This document shows, one piece after another, positions 23,701-35,500 of a DNA stretch of 64,000 nt. The notes beneath the pieces are model-generated. The model did not search any database. It was given only the letters and a program-made list of their open reading frames with translations, and was not told the DNA's origin. A program made the position numbers and the translations under genes. The stretch spans positions 3,968,001 to 4,032,000 of the forward strand of contig NC_087257.1 of the NCBI RefSeq assembly GCF_037042905.1. Direction: 5' to 3'. The stretch comes from Lytechinus pictus (Eukaryota). The stretch's first letter is position 1, and the number at the start of each line of letters is the position of its first letter.

Positions 23701-25635
23701 CATCAAGATTGTGATTTAAGCAGCAATCAAAGAGGGTGAAGCAACATTTCCCAATAGTTGCTGTAGTTATGCATCGCATGAACCACCACAATTACAAGTC
23801 TAGATGAAACTTCCGTTTGTCATGACATGTCCTGTGTTTAACTTTAACTGAGAAAAATGCAAAAATTGTTTAAAAGCTCCTCCAAAACAGAGGATTTTTC
23901 TGTCCAGTTTATGCCCAATAGGTGCCTATATCTTCAAATTACTCATTTGAGGATTATTTTGGTCAATGTATTTTTAATGACAAATTGAGAGCTTTCTAAT
24001 AAATTAAATTTTGTTGTCCTCGTCCTAGACTAGTTATGCAGTGGTATTGACTGTGCTAGACCAAAAGCTTCGGTCTCTTTATATTTGTTGTTCCGCTGAA
24101 CTCCATTGGCTCCACTCACCAATTACAGAGACCAAAGTTCTAGCTCGATCTGTACAGGGGACTCAATGGCCATATGTTTATGTATTAAGTTCGGATAAAA
24201 CAGGGAAGTGAAGTTGCGCGACAGCCGAAGAAAGTCACTGTTTTTTCCCCTTTTAAGTTTATTTTTCCCCGTTTTGGTGCATTTCAGGCCAAAAAGGAAT
24301 AGATCTAATAATCTTTATTATGGTAGTTCTTTTTATATATTTTTATGAAATAAACACAAAAATCAATGAGCCCCGTCAGGGGGATTTTGCATAGTTAACC
24401 CCCTAATGGTGGCTGCACGATAGCGAGCCGTCTGTGTACGAAATTTGAAAAAATTAAAATTGTTAAAAAAACTCTTCGAAACAGACAGCTGCCAGCTGTC
24501 TACTTCACTCAGTCGATCCTCCTCGGTTGGTTCCTGATATGGGACGTTGAGTAAAGTCAAGAAGAAGATCTGTACACAGTAGAGGCGCACGGCCAATATG
24601 GAAGACTCTCTCCAATAGGGGAGACAATCTCCCACATTGGAGACTTGCTTTGCAAAAGGACAAAAGAAACACCAACAAAAGCATGATTTTTTCCACCAAA
24701 AATTTTGTCTCACTGAGGTCAGAAGCCCATTTGTTTTGTGTGTGATTGACAACAAAAATCCTTGTCAAAACAAAAGTAGACGGTGAAAAGGGGTAATTTT
24801 ACATGAGGAATCTGCTTATCACATTTTTATTTGCCGCCAAGTTAATCCTTTTGCAGCAAATGTAAACAAAGGAAATTGGACTCCAAAACTGGAGACTGTC
24901 TCTGAAATTGGATACCCAAATTCTTTACAAAAGTCTCTGATATTAGAGATAATCTCCCACATTGGAGACAGTCTCCAATATTGGCCTTGCGCCTCTACTG
25001 GTACAGCCAGGGACTCAATGGCCATATGTTTATTAAGTTTGGATGAACCAGGGAAGTGGGAGTTGTGAGACAGCCAAAGAAAGTCACTGTTTTTTTTTTT
25101 TTTTTTTTTTTTTTTTTTCCCCGTTTTGGTGCATTTCAGGCCAAAACGGAATACTAGGGCCGGGCCTAATCTTTTTACTTTATTTTGGTCCAGTTCTTGT
25201 TATATATTTTAAAGAAATACAGACACGACAGACAAAAATCAATGAGCCCCGTTAGGGAGATTTTGCATTTTTAACATCCTAATGCTGGCTGCCGCACGAT
25301 CGCAAGCCGTCTGTGTACGAATAGAAATATAAAACAAATTAAAAATTTAACTCCTCGGACCTCGAAACACTCACGACTGCCACTGCCAGCTGTCTATCAC
25401 TCCTAGTACCAATGAGGTCCAAACATTAGCATGTATGGACCTCATAGGCGACAATGCGTTAAAAACAGGTTAGAACTTCTAACCGTACTGTTTCCTGCAC
25501 CCAAGTATGATATTACTCCCAAAATATGAGTTTTGTCCTCGTTTGTTTATCATTTATTAAAAGATTGCCCATTAAATATATTCCTATTCCTAATTTGAAT
25601 TTAATAAAATAAAGGGAAACTTACATTTGAGTCAT
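5685..25635 (-). CDS. DUS3L: tRNA-dihydrouridine(47) synthase 3-like, 12 coding exons, ~674 aa
   Basis: Exons in transcript order, all GT-AG and phase-consistent, total 2025 nt: 25635-25625, 23185-23015, 22546-21718, 20542-20390, 19416-19300, 18350-18285, 17508-17398, 16330-16234, 11677-11551, 10992-10905, 6776-6595, 5757-5685. Two CCCH zinc fingers ([20 protein letters not shown]; [22 protein letters not shown]), LAPLTTVGNLPFR, catalytic [34 protein letters not shown], and C-terminus [11 protein letters not shown]. The 11-nt first exon is less certain; an alternative ATG lies at 23178. Confidence 0.95.
7212..9461 (+). CDS. Penelope-like element reverse transcriptase - GIY-YIG endonuclease, probably N-terminally truncated
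   Basis: Motifs [56 protein letters not shown]; C-terminal GIY-YIG domain [19 protein letters not shown]...RISEH...SAVAEH...KEAINI...NRDSG. No internal stops over 749 codons. The listed start is a TTG at a junction. Confidence 0.93.
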   Translation: MKERIFLTRCTIDSAKTEYETLKADIKETMQAQHSTDILKVNENIYADVFAKCKKRQQAKFEKLIQPKSKKVTASLANEDKWVVNLSSRQITSTEEQLLKKGLAFAVSPQKLPITEIVAKVETAVKYIDPVSADAARKDVDSILQRARPPKPNTTREMRDALKTLKNDDSITILPADKGSATIILDSTAYEDKMTELLSSGPYKMLKKDPTDRMCRKLTSTLLALKKDKVLDEATYKKIKPTQKQPPRVYGLPKIHKPGIPLRPIVSCIGSFAYNLSKYLADILSPLTNCSEHTVSNSSEFAEFTSEQTVNEQESMISFDVVSLFTNIPIEGACSTALQRMQSDPTLSERTTLMPEQIAELLEFVLRSTYFLYRGSFYEQTEGAAMGSPVSAVVANLYMEGFEQNALLKCPSTCHPRVWKRYVDDTFIIVNRSETDSLLSYMNSQQPSIQFTLETEQGGKLAFLDTLVQRHEGGKLSTSVYRKPTHTDQYIPYDSHHDKSVKKGLVKCLFDRAARIITHPPELPKERAHIRGALYSNGYPRRFIKNTFKKKQPPRDQKVFKTCTVLPYIDGLSQQLKRRLEGHGIRTVFRSDTTLHKQLVHPKDPIPDHRRDGVVYNIPCQGCDGSYIGETARPIVERISEHKRDVRLQRTDTSAVAEHVWEKQHHPDWEGVHCIAKERHWYTRRIKEAINIRLCPNNFNRDSGIDIPDFWMRTIRQHNTPLPGSARRPDRSRPRTRDRSASQPPPTGN
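9483..9636 (+). promoter_or_regulatory. Putative PLE promoter: three octamer motifs plus a TATA box
   Basis: ATTTGCAT at 9483-9490, 9509-9516 and 9530-9537; TATAAATAG at 9628-9636, about 25 nt upstream of the hammerhead. Confidence 0.55.
9660..9700 (+). ncRNA. Minimal type I hammerhead ribozyme motif (variant core) in the PLE pseudo-LTR
   Basis: TCAC (stem I) - TTGATAA A (core) - GAG(T)TGC agcg GCACTC (stem II) - GAAA - GC - TC - GTGA (stem I'). Core U3/A8 is a compensatory replacement of the C3-G8 pair. Predicted cleavage after C9696. Confidence 0.72.
10321..10855. mobile_element. TTAA-type MITE (Kolobok-like), long TIRs
   Basis: TTAA-AGAGATGGTCCGG...CCGGACCATCCCT-TTAA; the two arms are near mirror images over ~190 bp. 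Confidence 0.8.
12288..14691 (+). mobile_element. 5'-truncated non-LTR retrotransposon (RTE-X-like), frameshifted, in DUS3L intron 8
   Basis: RT motifs [46 protein letters not shown]; C-terminal [15 protein letters not shown]...CEDC...DEFHIIMKC; 3' end AATAAA + (ATTCA)n at 14673-14691. The true upstream frame ([27 protein letters not shown]...[16 protein letters not shown]) joins the listed ORF across a 1-nt frameshift in the T6 run at ~12465-12470. Clade assignment is from motif recall only. Confidence 0.88.
12368..14254 (+). pseudogene. LINE reverse transcriptase remnant (no endonuclease domain; first ~33 aa of the listed ORF are out of frame)
   Basis: RT and C-terminal CCHC-like region open; 5'-truncated and frameshifted as described for the element. 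Confidence 0.85.
14840..16615. mobile_element. Cluster of CWG-target MITEs (~14840-15128, 15132-15992, 15996-16218, 16359-16615) around DUS3L exon 8
   Basis: Palindromic elements joined at CAG/CTG trinucleotides. Similar CWG-flanked elements occur at 6449-6566 and 55655-55830. Confidence 0.7.
15180..15872. mobile_element. PIF/Harbinger-type MITE rich in internal palindromes, nested in another MITE
   Basis: TIR TACCCCTTTCATA / TATGAAAGGGGTA; TAA TSD (15177-79 / 15873-75). The uninterrupted host element is present at ~55655-55830. Confidence 0.85.
16765..17040 (+). mobile_element. tRNA-derived SINE with L2-type tail (related copies at ~18624-18897 +, ~11165-11460 -, ~57110-57395 -)
   Basis: B box GGTTCGATTCC; shared core ACCCAGGTG...AAATGGGTACC; tail AGCGC...GCGCTATA...(ATT)n. 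Confidence 0.72.
20597..20803 (+). mobile_element. tRNA-derived SINE (degenerate copy at ~19640-19800)
   Basis: A box TAGCTCAGTCG, B-box-like AATCGATTCCC; core CTTTGGTAAGGCATT...TTACCAGGTCC shared with 19721-19790. Confidence 0.65.
24147..25397. repeat. ~350-390-bp diverged direct duplication in DUS3L intron 1 (24147-24503 vs ~25001-25397)
   Basis: Colinear shared blocks GGGACTCAATGGCCATATGTTTAT, GAAAGTCACTGTTTT, AAAATCAATGAGCCCCGT, GCCGTCTGTGTACGAA and CTGCCAGCTGTCTA. Confidence 0.85.
24577..25000. mobile_element. MITE with CAGTAGAGGCGCA TIRs and a 5-bp TSD (hAT5-like)
   Basis: TIR CAGTAGAGGCGCA / TGCGCCTCTACTG; GTACA at 24572-24576 and 25001-25005; subterminal GGAGAC/GTCTCC repeats. Confidence 0.75.
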
Positions 25636-26110
25636 TTTTCGATCTTTTTTTGGCAGTCAGTCCGGTCACCGTCGAGTGCGATCAAAGCGGTATGAAGCTG
25701 ATTTTCAGATCACGTGATACGTGTGGTCATCACCTGATCAATCGACTATCCTTTTTTAAAGACCGCAACAATTATAAATTTTTTTATAAAATATATATAG
25801 AATAAATTATTGCATAATATTATGTATATTTCTACAATTAAAAAATATTTTGTGATATAAATTTAATATTTGACGTAAAAATCGCTATTGAACAAAATAT
25901 TTATTAAAAAATAAAAAATCAAACAAAATAAAAAAGCCTTGGACACAGTGCAAAAAACCTAACGATTTGGCCGCGTTGTTAACAACTATCGTAAGGGGCG
26001 CTTTATTTATAAATAAAAAAGAATATGCAGCTGTCTATGGCGACGTGGTTTGTCGCGAGATTTGAGACAAATCCCTGGGAATTCTTGAGAAAATACATCA
26101 AAAGAACCGG
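25636..26110. promoter_or_regulatory. Probable bidirectional promoter between DUS3L (-) and the coiled-coil gene (+)
   Basis: Divergent first-exon splice donors at 25624 (-, GTAAGT) and 26110 (+, GTGAGT); TCACGTGA E-box at 25710-25717; ATGGCG at 26037; TGTCGCGAGA at 26051-26060. Confidence 0.5.
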
Positions 26111-27054
26111 TGAGTACCGATTAAACATTATTAAAGTTGTAAATAGATTATACATACCTTGTAGATTCAGTTTTTAAGGTGATATTAGTGCTTAGTTCTA
26201 AGCTAGGGAGGCCCAAACGCGCGTGAGCGGACTCCCACTTTATTAACACGGGTAAGTATTGCGGTGTCGCCTAGGGCTAGAGTGCTGTCTATGTATGACT
26301 GTGATGGCTTGTAAAATAAATAAGTTTGACATGTCGAATGGCGGCACAGAAATCCAAGGTGTGTTACTCTACAGCCTGAGCTGAGTAAGGCTCAGGATCG
26401 TTTTCCACTTGTTCACCATGTTCACTGCAGTGCAACCACCCTGCGCCTGCCGTGAACTTCGAGTCGCACACCGAATGCTTGCAACCATCACAATATGAAG
26501 CATGTGGGACTACATTTAGAAGTCTGTTGTTCTCTCTCTCAAAATATACACATAATTTTAGTCATTTTCATGAAGAGAACAGTCAGTAATTCCGCACATA
26601 ATCATGGACAACATATTTAACCATTAAATTGGACAATTAATGTTCGACTAAAGTTGATTACATTCTACAAAACCGAAGGAATATACTCACGTGTCAATTA
26701 TTTATTTCGGAATGACGTAACGTAGGGTAAAAGAAAGAAAAGAAAAAGAAAAGAAGATTGGAAGAAAGGGGGGGGGGGGGAGGAGGGGGGTAGAAAGAGG
26801 AGGGGCAGGGGGGTCAACAGGAGCAGGAGGAGGAGAGGGTGATGAAGAAGAAGAAAGATGTTAATTCCAATTAATAAATGGAATATCTGGAAAGTTTATA
26901 GGCCCCGTTTCATAATTAAAAGTTAACTTTTCCGCATTAATTTCATGATCAAAATCAACACATAACTCGACCATGAATATAATATGACATTGTGAAATAC
27001 AATACAATGTGACAAAATTACTAGATCGGATATAACAGACTCAATGCATAATAT

Positions 27055-27711
27055 GAAGAGTTTGGTTGCAAAAGGGGTTAGGTTCACTTTGGACCATTCC
27101 GAGAAAAATCATGTTTTTTATTCTCACTTAAAATGCATATTCTTATGAGAAACGTCCTACCCTATCATGTGAACAGAAATCTACCCGTCTTCTTTTTTTT
27201 CTCTCTATATTTTTTTCAAAAATTATCTTTGTGGACCTAACTCCTTTTGCAAGCAAACTGAAATGAATCCAATCTATTTGAAAAAAGTGATTCTTCTTTG
27301 CCACTTTAATTTAGTCACGTCAGTTTTAATGTGAATTTCAAATTTTCTTTGGTAACATCAGAGCAAATAAAAGTCCATAGGTTTTGAGACAGAAAACAAT
27401 AAAACTTATGAAAAGTGGATCTAATTAACCCCTTTTTACAAATGAGCTCTTCAGAAGAGATTGGTTGCATGTGAACATAACATTGGGTATAACAGTAATC
27501 TAATATCTGTCTTCGCATTTTTTTAAATGTTCTTTTCCACAAGTATTTAACCCCTTTTGCAACCAAACTGAAATGGACCTAACCCCTTTTGAAAAAAATT
27601 GATTTTTCTTTGGTATCATCCTCTAGAGCTACTAAAAGTCTGTACATTGAGACAAAAAATAACCAGATTTGATAAAAAATGGATCTAACCCCTTTTGCAA
27701 CTGAGCTCTTC
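27055..27711. mobile_element. MITE with 4-bp ATAT TSD (Sola-like)
   Basis: GAAGAG..TTGCAAAAGGGGTTAG / CTAACCCCTTTTGCAA..CTCTTC; repeated TAACCCCTTTT motifs; ATAT on both sides. Confidence 0.7.
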
Positions 27712-29590
27712 ATATGTGATATTTTAAGTACAAGGTATATAAATCAAGTAAAACTAATAATGCAGAGGTTAAAGCAGACTGAGATGCTTGAATCGTAGTC
27801 AGCCAGAAAAGGGTCGGCTGCATGAAAACCAATAAAATTATTTCGGTCTAAAAAACACAAATTCAGTGAGTGAAGAAATGATTAAAAAGTTATTCCATTA
27901 TGGTAACTTAATTTGCCATGCCGTGGTAACTTGCATGGAATCCAAATTGATTCTAATTACCTGTTGATCAGCGTTACCATGGTAGTTACCATTTGATGGC
28001 AAAGTTACCATAATGGTAACTTTTATGCAATTGGCCCCGACCCTTTTTATTCATTGAAACCAAAATATCCTACAGGCAAATGGTCAATGTCACCCAGGAC
28101 TGGTGATTAAAAAAATGAAGCAGAGGACTAGGTTACCGCAAAAGTTATCGGGCCGTTGCAATGTGAATTTCACAGAGAGATATCTCTCAAATTCATTTTC
28201 TTTGACACCTATAGATAAAGGAAAATGAGAGAGGAATATTAAAGGTTGGTTGCTAATTTCATTACTTCATAAAACGACCTCCTCTTTGACTTGTTTTTTG
28301 CCTTATATGCCTATGTACGTTAGCATCAAACATATATGGAAAGCGACTTACATAATGGCCGGCCGAAAGGAATGGCTAAATGGTGACCGAAAATTATATT
28401 CTACCTCTGCTTTTAGGACAGGCTCCCCAGACCGTTAACACGCCTTGTTTATTTTAAGTGTAGAAATAGTTGAAATACAAAATTTCGTTATCATTACGTC
28501 CTCTTTTTCATAGGGTAGTTTAATCATGGTCTAAGGTATGTTTGGATAAATTCAGAAACAACCCGCCAACTCTTTCATATCTGTTTTCATTTTTTTTTAA
28601 CATCACCTTAGTACTATACTGTGAGCTGTATTGCCATCAAGAAAGTTTTAACAAAATAAAGGGGGAACGGGGGGGGGGGTGAGAGAAAGAGACAAAATGG
28701 TATCTATGCATGAGGCCAGCGCACTTTGTGCTTCATGCGCGTGTGCAGCTTTAAGAACCTAACTGAATTGTTGCGTCACAAACGTAACGAAGCACTCGTG
28801 CATGTCGCCATGCGCCTAATTCAAGCAAAATAATGTTTACAATATTCACGATGGTATTAATATAGGGAACGCAACGCCTTTCATTTCAAGTCATACTACT
28901 GAAAACCTGCCAAAATAAGAAAAATGATGTTGGAAATTCTTCTAGCATTTCGATAGCCCTTGTTGAACATGTTGAATAACCACCGGCCGTAATAAAAATA
29001 AGGGTAAGTTGATATTCACTTGTTATATTTTGATGCACAAACACTAATATCTGATGTAAATAAATGGGTGATTTGCTTTCATATCTAAGTTATTGTATGT
29101 ATTGCTTCCTATATTTGAACTAGCTCATTTTACACTGATTAAAAGCAAATAAGAATATATAGTGCGATTATTATTTTTTTTATAGGACTAATTGCCTTTT
29201 TATTCTTTCACGGTTTAAAAATGTGATACTCATAAACATGGCATTAAGCACATGAGCCGCGGAACCGGGGATGGGGGTTGGGGTGCCCCCCCCCCCAATT
29301 ATTTTCGGTAGGCTATCCACGTATATTATAAATAAACGTCAATATACAAATTTTGATTTTCATGTTCAGCACCCGCCCCTCTTTCAAATTTGTACCGATC
29401 TTATAGCATATAACATATTAACACGCCTTGTTTCGTACGTACTGCATGGGACCTAATATGGATATAGGCCTATAATTTTTAGCGTTTCATATCGCATTTT
29501 TATTTCTAAATTATATTTCTAAATTGCAGTTGGATTCATTCAAGTAACTTGCAATAGGGAAATCGGCAATATAATACAAAAATTGACACA

Positions 29591-32500
29591 ATGGACCAAT
29601 CAAATGCAAGAGCAACGGTTTCACATGCCAACGGGTCACTCGAAAAGCAAGACGAAAACTTCGAGCTACTTCGCAACAGCGACAAACTTTCAGCCAATCA
29701 GAGCGCAGCTGAGGAGCGGCGCTTGTTGAGAGGAGGAAGAAAGTGCAATTCCCTCGATAGGGCCGCAGCGGCGTGTGCGAAGCAGCACGGAGTTTGGTGC
29801 CGGGTGAAGGCCTTCTCCCTGACGAGGTCCTCTGGGCGGGGCAGAGAGACGGAGTTAGAGGACCAGGTAGGTAGGCCTACGAGGAGGAAATACATTACTC
29901 GGTATTGTCACTTGTTCACCTTTTATTACGGGCGTACCCACCCCCACATTTTTCACGACCAAGGAAACAAAAGAGAAAATGAAATACAAGGAAAGGGATA
30001 AGGGTGAAATATGATAGTATTTTTTGAATATTTTGTCAAAATCTATCACAAACTTGGATTTTTGTAATAAAAATGTCAAAAATTTTGCTCGCTCGCAACG
30101 CGATAGGCCATATCGAGCCCCCTCATTTTTTTGGCTCATTACATGATGACGTAACATCGATTACCTTTTCGGAAAATGGTTGTAACCTATGCCATGGTAT
30201 TGTGCTGATCAAAAACCGCATAAATCTTAGACTTCAACCCAGCATGCATTGATCAACGTTTTGAGCAATGATCTCTAGTTTTAGACTATAATTTTTCTCT
30301 AAAAACATAATAATGCATGATTTTTTTTTATATCTCTCCAAGAGACGTTATTAACGAAACAGTTAACACTGTCTTAGGTCCCGCATCCAAGCACCAAATA
30401 AATGGCGTAAATGATCGCAAAAATTCAATAACAAAAACAACAACAACGGGTACAAGTAACTGAAATAATGGCCCAAGATAATGAAATTATTATCGTAGAT
30501 GTAGAGTAAAGCGCAGTCACTCGAGTTTCACCATGATCACATATCAATTTTCTCTAGAATGGCGAGGACATAGTAGAAAATTCAAGATTATCAAGACTAC
30601 AACGATTTCGGAAGGGGAATAAGGAACGAGATGTGTGAGTACTGTATATGTTACCATGGTTACTAATCGTTAATATTGATTGCCAATTTAATCGTTACAA
30701 TGAGTTGCCATCCTCTGGTGGCTGGGTTAAAATCATAACCAGTCGCTGATTATCTAGCGACAAAACGTTTTACTAGCTATAAAGCCGTCATATTTCGGGG
30801 GGGGGGGGGGTAATGAAAGTTGTCAGCTCCGACAGTTTCAGTAAATCCTTGGTTTTGATTGGTTAATAATAACTCGTATTTGATTGTAAATGTTTATAAA
30901 TGTCAGAGAATCATAAATTGTCATTGCTAACAATTTTCGTGAAATGGTGCCATTTCTATGATAATGTAATGGTAAAAAATTGGACTTCATGGCCATCATA
31001 ATTATCATTGTAGTCAGATGCCAATAAATGATAACGGATACAAGCAAAGTATCATTCAAACATAAAAATAAATATTATTCATTTAGGAAAACGAAAATTA
31101 TTTCATAAAAGTCAATCCATTGGGGATGTGTAATTCTATTATCATTCTAAATATATATTTATTTTGATTCTTTCTGCATGAAAAGTAGGCTTATCCACAA
31201 AACTAAATATTATAAGTCTGAAATGAAATGATTCTATTTGAACATTTCTTGCATAAGGGATATCGGGCCCCTTGTATATCGACACCGCATGGATTTCTTT
31301 TCCCATGTCTTATAGGAAAGAAATGCTCTTCATGAAAGCTGAGGAGGAGTTTAGGAAAGAAACCTCTGAGTTGGAGAATCAAATCGATCTTCTGAACGTG
31401 ATCAATCAGCAACTAACGGAATATGCGAGAAAACAAGAAACAAATGCTGAAGATCTCCAAAGAAAACTACGTAAGTACAAGTACACCCTATCTCACCTTA
31501 TCTCAGCATAGACCAACACGCAGTCTCAGATCAGCAGATCAAGCATTGCTGACAGAATCTCTCAGCCACACAACTTGGGGTGACAGAGCCTTTATACATC
31601 TCTGGACCAAAGCTGTGGAATAGCCTTCCCCAATTTATCAGGAGAGCAGAGACCCAATCAACTTTTGAGTCTTACCTGAATACTTTTCTGTTCCCCACTC
31701 CAACATTATTGCAAGAATAACTCAATTGTAGCATTACTAGGACAGTACTTGAACTGAATGATGATCCTAAGCACTGTTTGAAGACATTGAAATTTGTGAG
31801 ATATTTCCTATTTTTGAGCAAGCGCCATGAGCGCCCAGCTGAGGCGGATACCGGCGCTATACAAGAACCCATCATCATCATCATCATCATCACCCTATAA
31901 AGATAGTGGACGAAATATTTATCCAGTATCGTTTAAAAAAGGCGCATTCAAGTTTGTTGCATGAAAAGAAAACATGTTTCGAAGTCGAGGGAACATGGCA
32001 ACTTTTTACACATAATTTTTTTCGTCATATACTCAACACATTATAGGCCCTATGCTCTATTCCAAATCTGAGCAAACCTTTCTTTTCTTATAGGGGCCTT
32101 CTATTTTAATTGAAATGATATCACATGATTTGCACGAGTAAATCGCTGCACCCCCGTTCATTATCCTCAAAATCTTTAATAGAAGTTTTATAAATCGTAT
32201 ACAAACACGACCAGTAGCGGACCCTGGATTACTCAGGGGGGGGGGGGTCCATAAAGGTTTTTTTTCTTCTTAAAAATGGCTTGACAAACAAAAAATAGGA
32301 TTAAAGATAACCATACCTGATGCGACTTTCTCCCGTAGTAATGTTGTGTGACAAGCCCCACCCCCCAAAAAAAAAGAAGAAGAAGAAAAGGGAACTAAAC
32401 GAAGGAGAAGGGGGTCATGATTTACAGGCCTATCACGTAGACCCCCCAGTCTTACCCCGCCCACTCTTTTCAAAGAAATTAAGCGCCCCTGGATACATCC

Positions 32501-35500
32501 CCCTTGCCCTTCAACCATGCACCTCCTATAAATATGTTTTCTTCTTAATATATTATAGACATTGCCGAGAGAAGTCTGATTTCCAGCCAACGAGAGTCCG
32601 CCAAATTGAAGGGAATCTTGGAATTAGCAAAACTCCAAGGAAACGCCCAGCAACAGGTGCTTGATGTAAAACAAGATGACGTCATTAAACTGGCCGTCAA
32701 ACAAGCCGAGCTCTACGACCAGATCCGAAAGTTGAAACTGACAATCGAAACATTAAGAAACAAGGTAAAATCCTAAATTAAAGAGAAGAAAGTAAACATT
32801 ATATCTACATTATATTCATTAACAGCACCAAAATCGTGATCATTAATAATAAACGAAAGCACCTTTCAGCTTTGATATTGTGGAAGAAAAAGAGGACCTT
32901 CAACAGGTCTACATGAAAAAAGACATTTATTATCTGGAGATTTGTGCATTTTGATTGTCAAATAGCGGCGCTCCGTATTCTAGAATGAAAATAAGCTGTT
33001 CAAACAATCTCTGTCAATACATGTTTAAGATCAGAAAAAAAACACACTAAACACTAAAGAGTCCGTTATTGTATTTCCTATATAGGGCTAGGTTAATGCA
33101 TGGACCTATAGTTCCATGGTTAATGCATTACTCACTATTATTCCAAAGATCGGCTAGATGAAATTTGTATATTGATGATAACGTTTGATATGAAATAAGT
33201 AATTATCTATACGGCTTATTTGCGAATCATAACAAAATGCAAAATCTCAATGATTTAACATGTTTAATAACCCAGCTTGAAAAATATGAAGCTGAACGAG
33301 GCGGTAGAGACCATCATCCCGGGGACGAAGGCGCAGAGCATCCCTCAAACATGCCTCTACCGACATCAGCATCCCGAACAACCAATCGAAGACAGAATCA
33401 AGCCGACGTTCGCCGGTCGGTGGATAGAAGTGATGGAAACAGTGAGAGAGGGCCAGTAAGTTTCCATACTTAATTGTAACATCTTTATGTCTAATAAACA
33501 TCTTACGTGGCATACCCAAACCTGTGCAGAACATATTGCGAGAGAGTCAATACTATTAACACAAACATGTGACTAAGTCTGTTCTGTATATAAATTTAAG
33601 GCCCGCCTCACTAAGCAGAGAAAATACATTTCAACCTTTTTACCTTTTTAACAAATGTGAATTTTCTCATTCCCCAAAATCGACCCCCTTCTATATTAAA
33701 ATTTAAAAATAGTAGTCATGAGCGTCTTGGGGGATCGTTTTGTGAATGATTTATCAAGACAATTACCGCCCTTTCACAAAGTAAAAATACCGTAATTTTA
33801 ATGATGAATCCAGTGAAAAATAAGGCTAATGACATGAATGACGAATTTTAAGCACGTGTGAAACCAAACTAGAATCACGAACGCTAATCACAATCACGAA
33901 TTCAAATTCTACTCCGGAGGTGAATTCCAGTTAAGTTTCACTCAAATTACGGTACGAATGTTCAATTACGAATTGCAATCATCATTCAGGTCATCATTAC
34001 AATGATGATTCAAGATTCACGTGTGAAAAGGCCCTTAATCATACAGAAAACAGACAATTCCATTTTTTTTCTTTGTTAGGAAGATGTATTGGACCATCAA
34101 GATATCACCATCAGAGAATCAATGGAAGAAAACAGACTAATCCCCCGGAGGACTTACAAATTGCTGCTCGCCAGGAGGACCATCGCCCGAGCTAATTTTC
34201 GAATCAAATACCATCGTGCGATTAATAACTCACTCAAAGTGAGAGTAAAACAGAAGGACAATAGGTAAAGCAACATACTGTGATGATTTATTGTGACATT
34301 TACTTGTACTTTCCTCACGTTAACAAAGAGATTGTATATACCTTACGGTATATGTTAGAAAAACCTGTCCTTCGCATTCACTGCATCGGCGATTAGCACT
34401 TTGTGAATAACAAAAAGCATGCTTACAGAAAAGGCAAGTAAAGCAATATTTATTTGCGAATTACACTCGTCATCGGATCAAAGTTACTTAATTGACAGAA
34501 AGAAAGATGGAGCTCCCATTATTTTTTAATTTCATAATAATAATATTAATAATAGTAATAATAATAGATTAGCAATAATATTCATACTTGCCTATATAGC
34601 GGGGAACACTAAATTTATCAGTTTTTGAATAGTAAACTTAAATAATAGGCATCGTAGGAATGTATTTTGCTACAATCTAGACGGATAAGATACATATAAA
34701 TATGTTTCACTTATACCATAATTATTCAGGAAACTCCGACGTATATATCGGGCTCAAAGTCAGAATTTTGCAAAAATACGATAGCCTATTGGCCCATAAA
34801 CTTGGTTAATAATTCTTTGCAGAATTCGAGATCTCCTTGTCGATAAGGACCGCATCCTTAAAGTTCTGGAACGAGTGAGGCAGCTGGCCCAGGCCAAGAT
34901 GGAAGTCATCTACAAGAACCTCCTGTCCCTCCCTGATGACATAGCCACGATGACATCACCTTTGAATGCTAGAGAGACGGTGAGGGCTTACCTGAAAGAG
35001 GTGGATAGCTCGGCATCGTCGGAGGAAGCCGAGAGGATTATTCTAAGGTTGAAGGAGTTTGGCCGGTTCCTTGGCAGCGACGAGTCCTTCGATGAATTTA
35101 TTAAGGTATACGGTGACTCTAGCAATGATTGTCTGAATGGGGGTAAATGTTGGTCTAATTACCAGAATCCTGAACTGGAATTTATATTTATCATGTTTGG
35201 AAAAAAAAAATTATTGCATACTCCTACCATAACGAGACGACATTATTTATCACATTTTCACCTGGTCTTTGTCAGAAAGGACAAATAAAAGTTAACCGAC
35301 GTCATTATAATTGCTGCTGGATAGATATCGAAATCAAAAGAATAATATTGTAATAGGGATAATGGAAATATAACGACTCATTTGAAACGAATTTGTAGTC
35401 TCAGCTTCACGCAAGGCTATTAAACAAGTTATCAAAACTTCTTTTCAGAACCGGGGGAAGCAGCTTGTTGAGGTACCTATACCGACCAAAGAGATTGCAA

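Noticed and set aside
28830-29003. Coding first exon for the coiled-coil gene
   Set aside because: It has a good donor (GTAAGT at 29004), but the frames from its ATGs hit stops; at most a 5' UTR exon.
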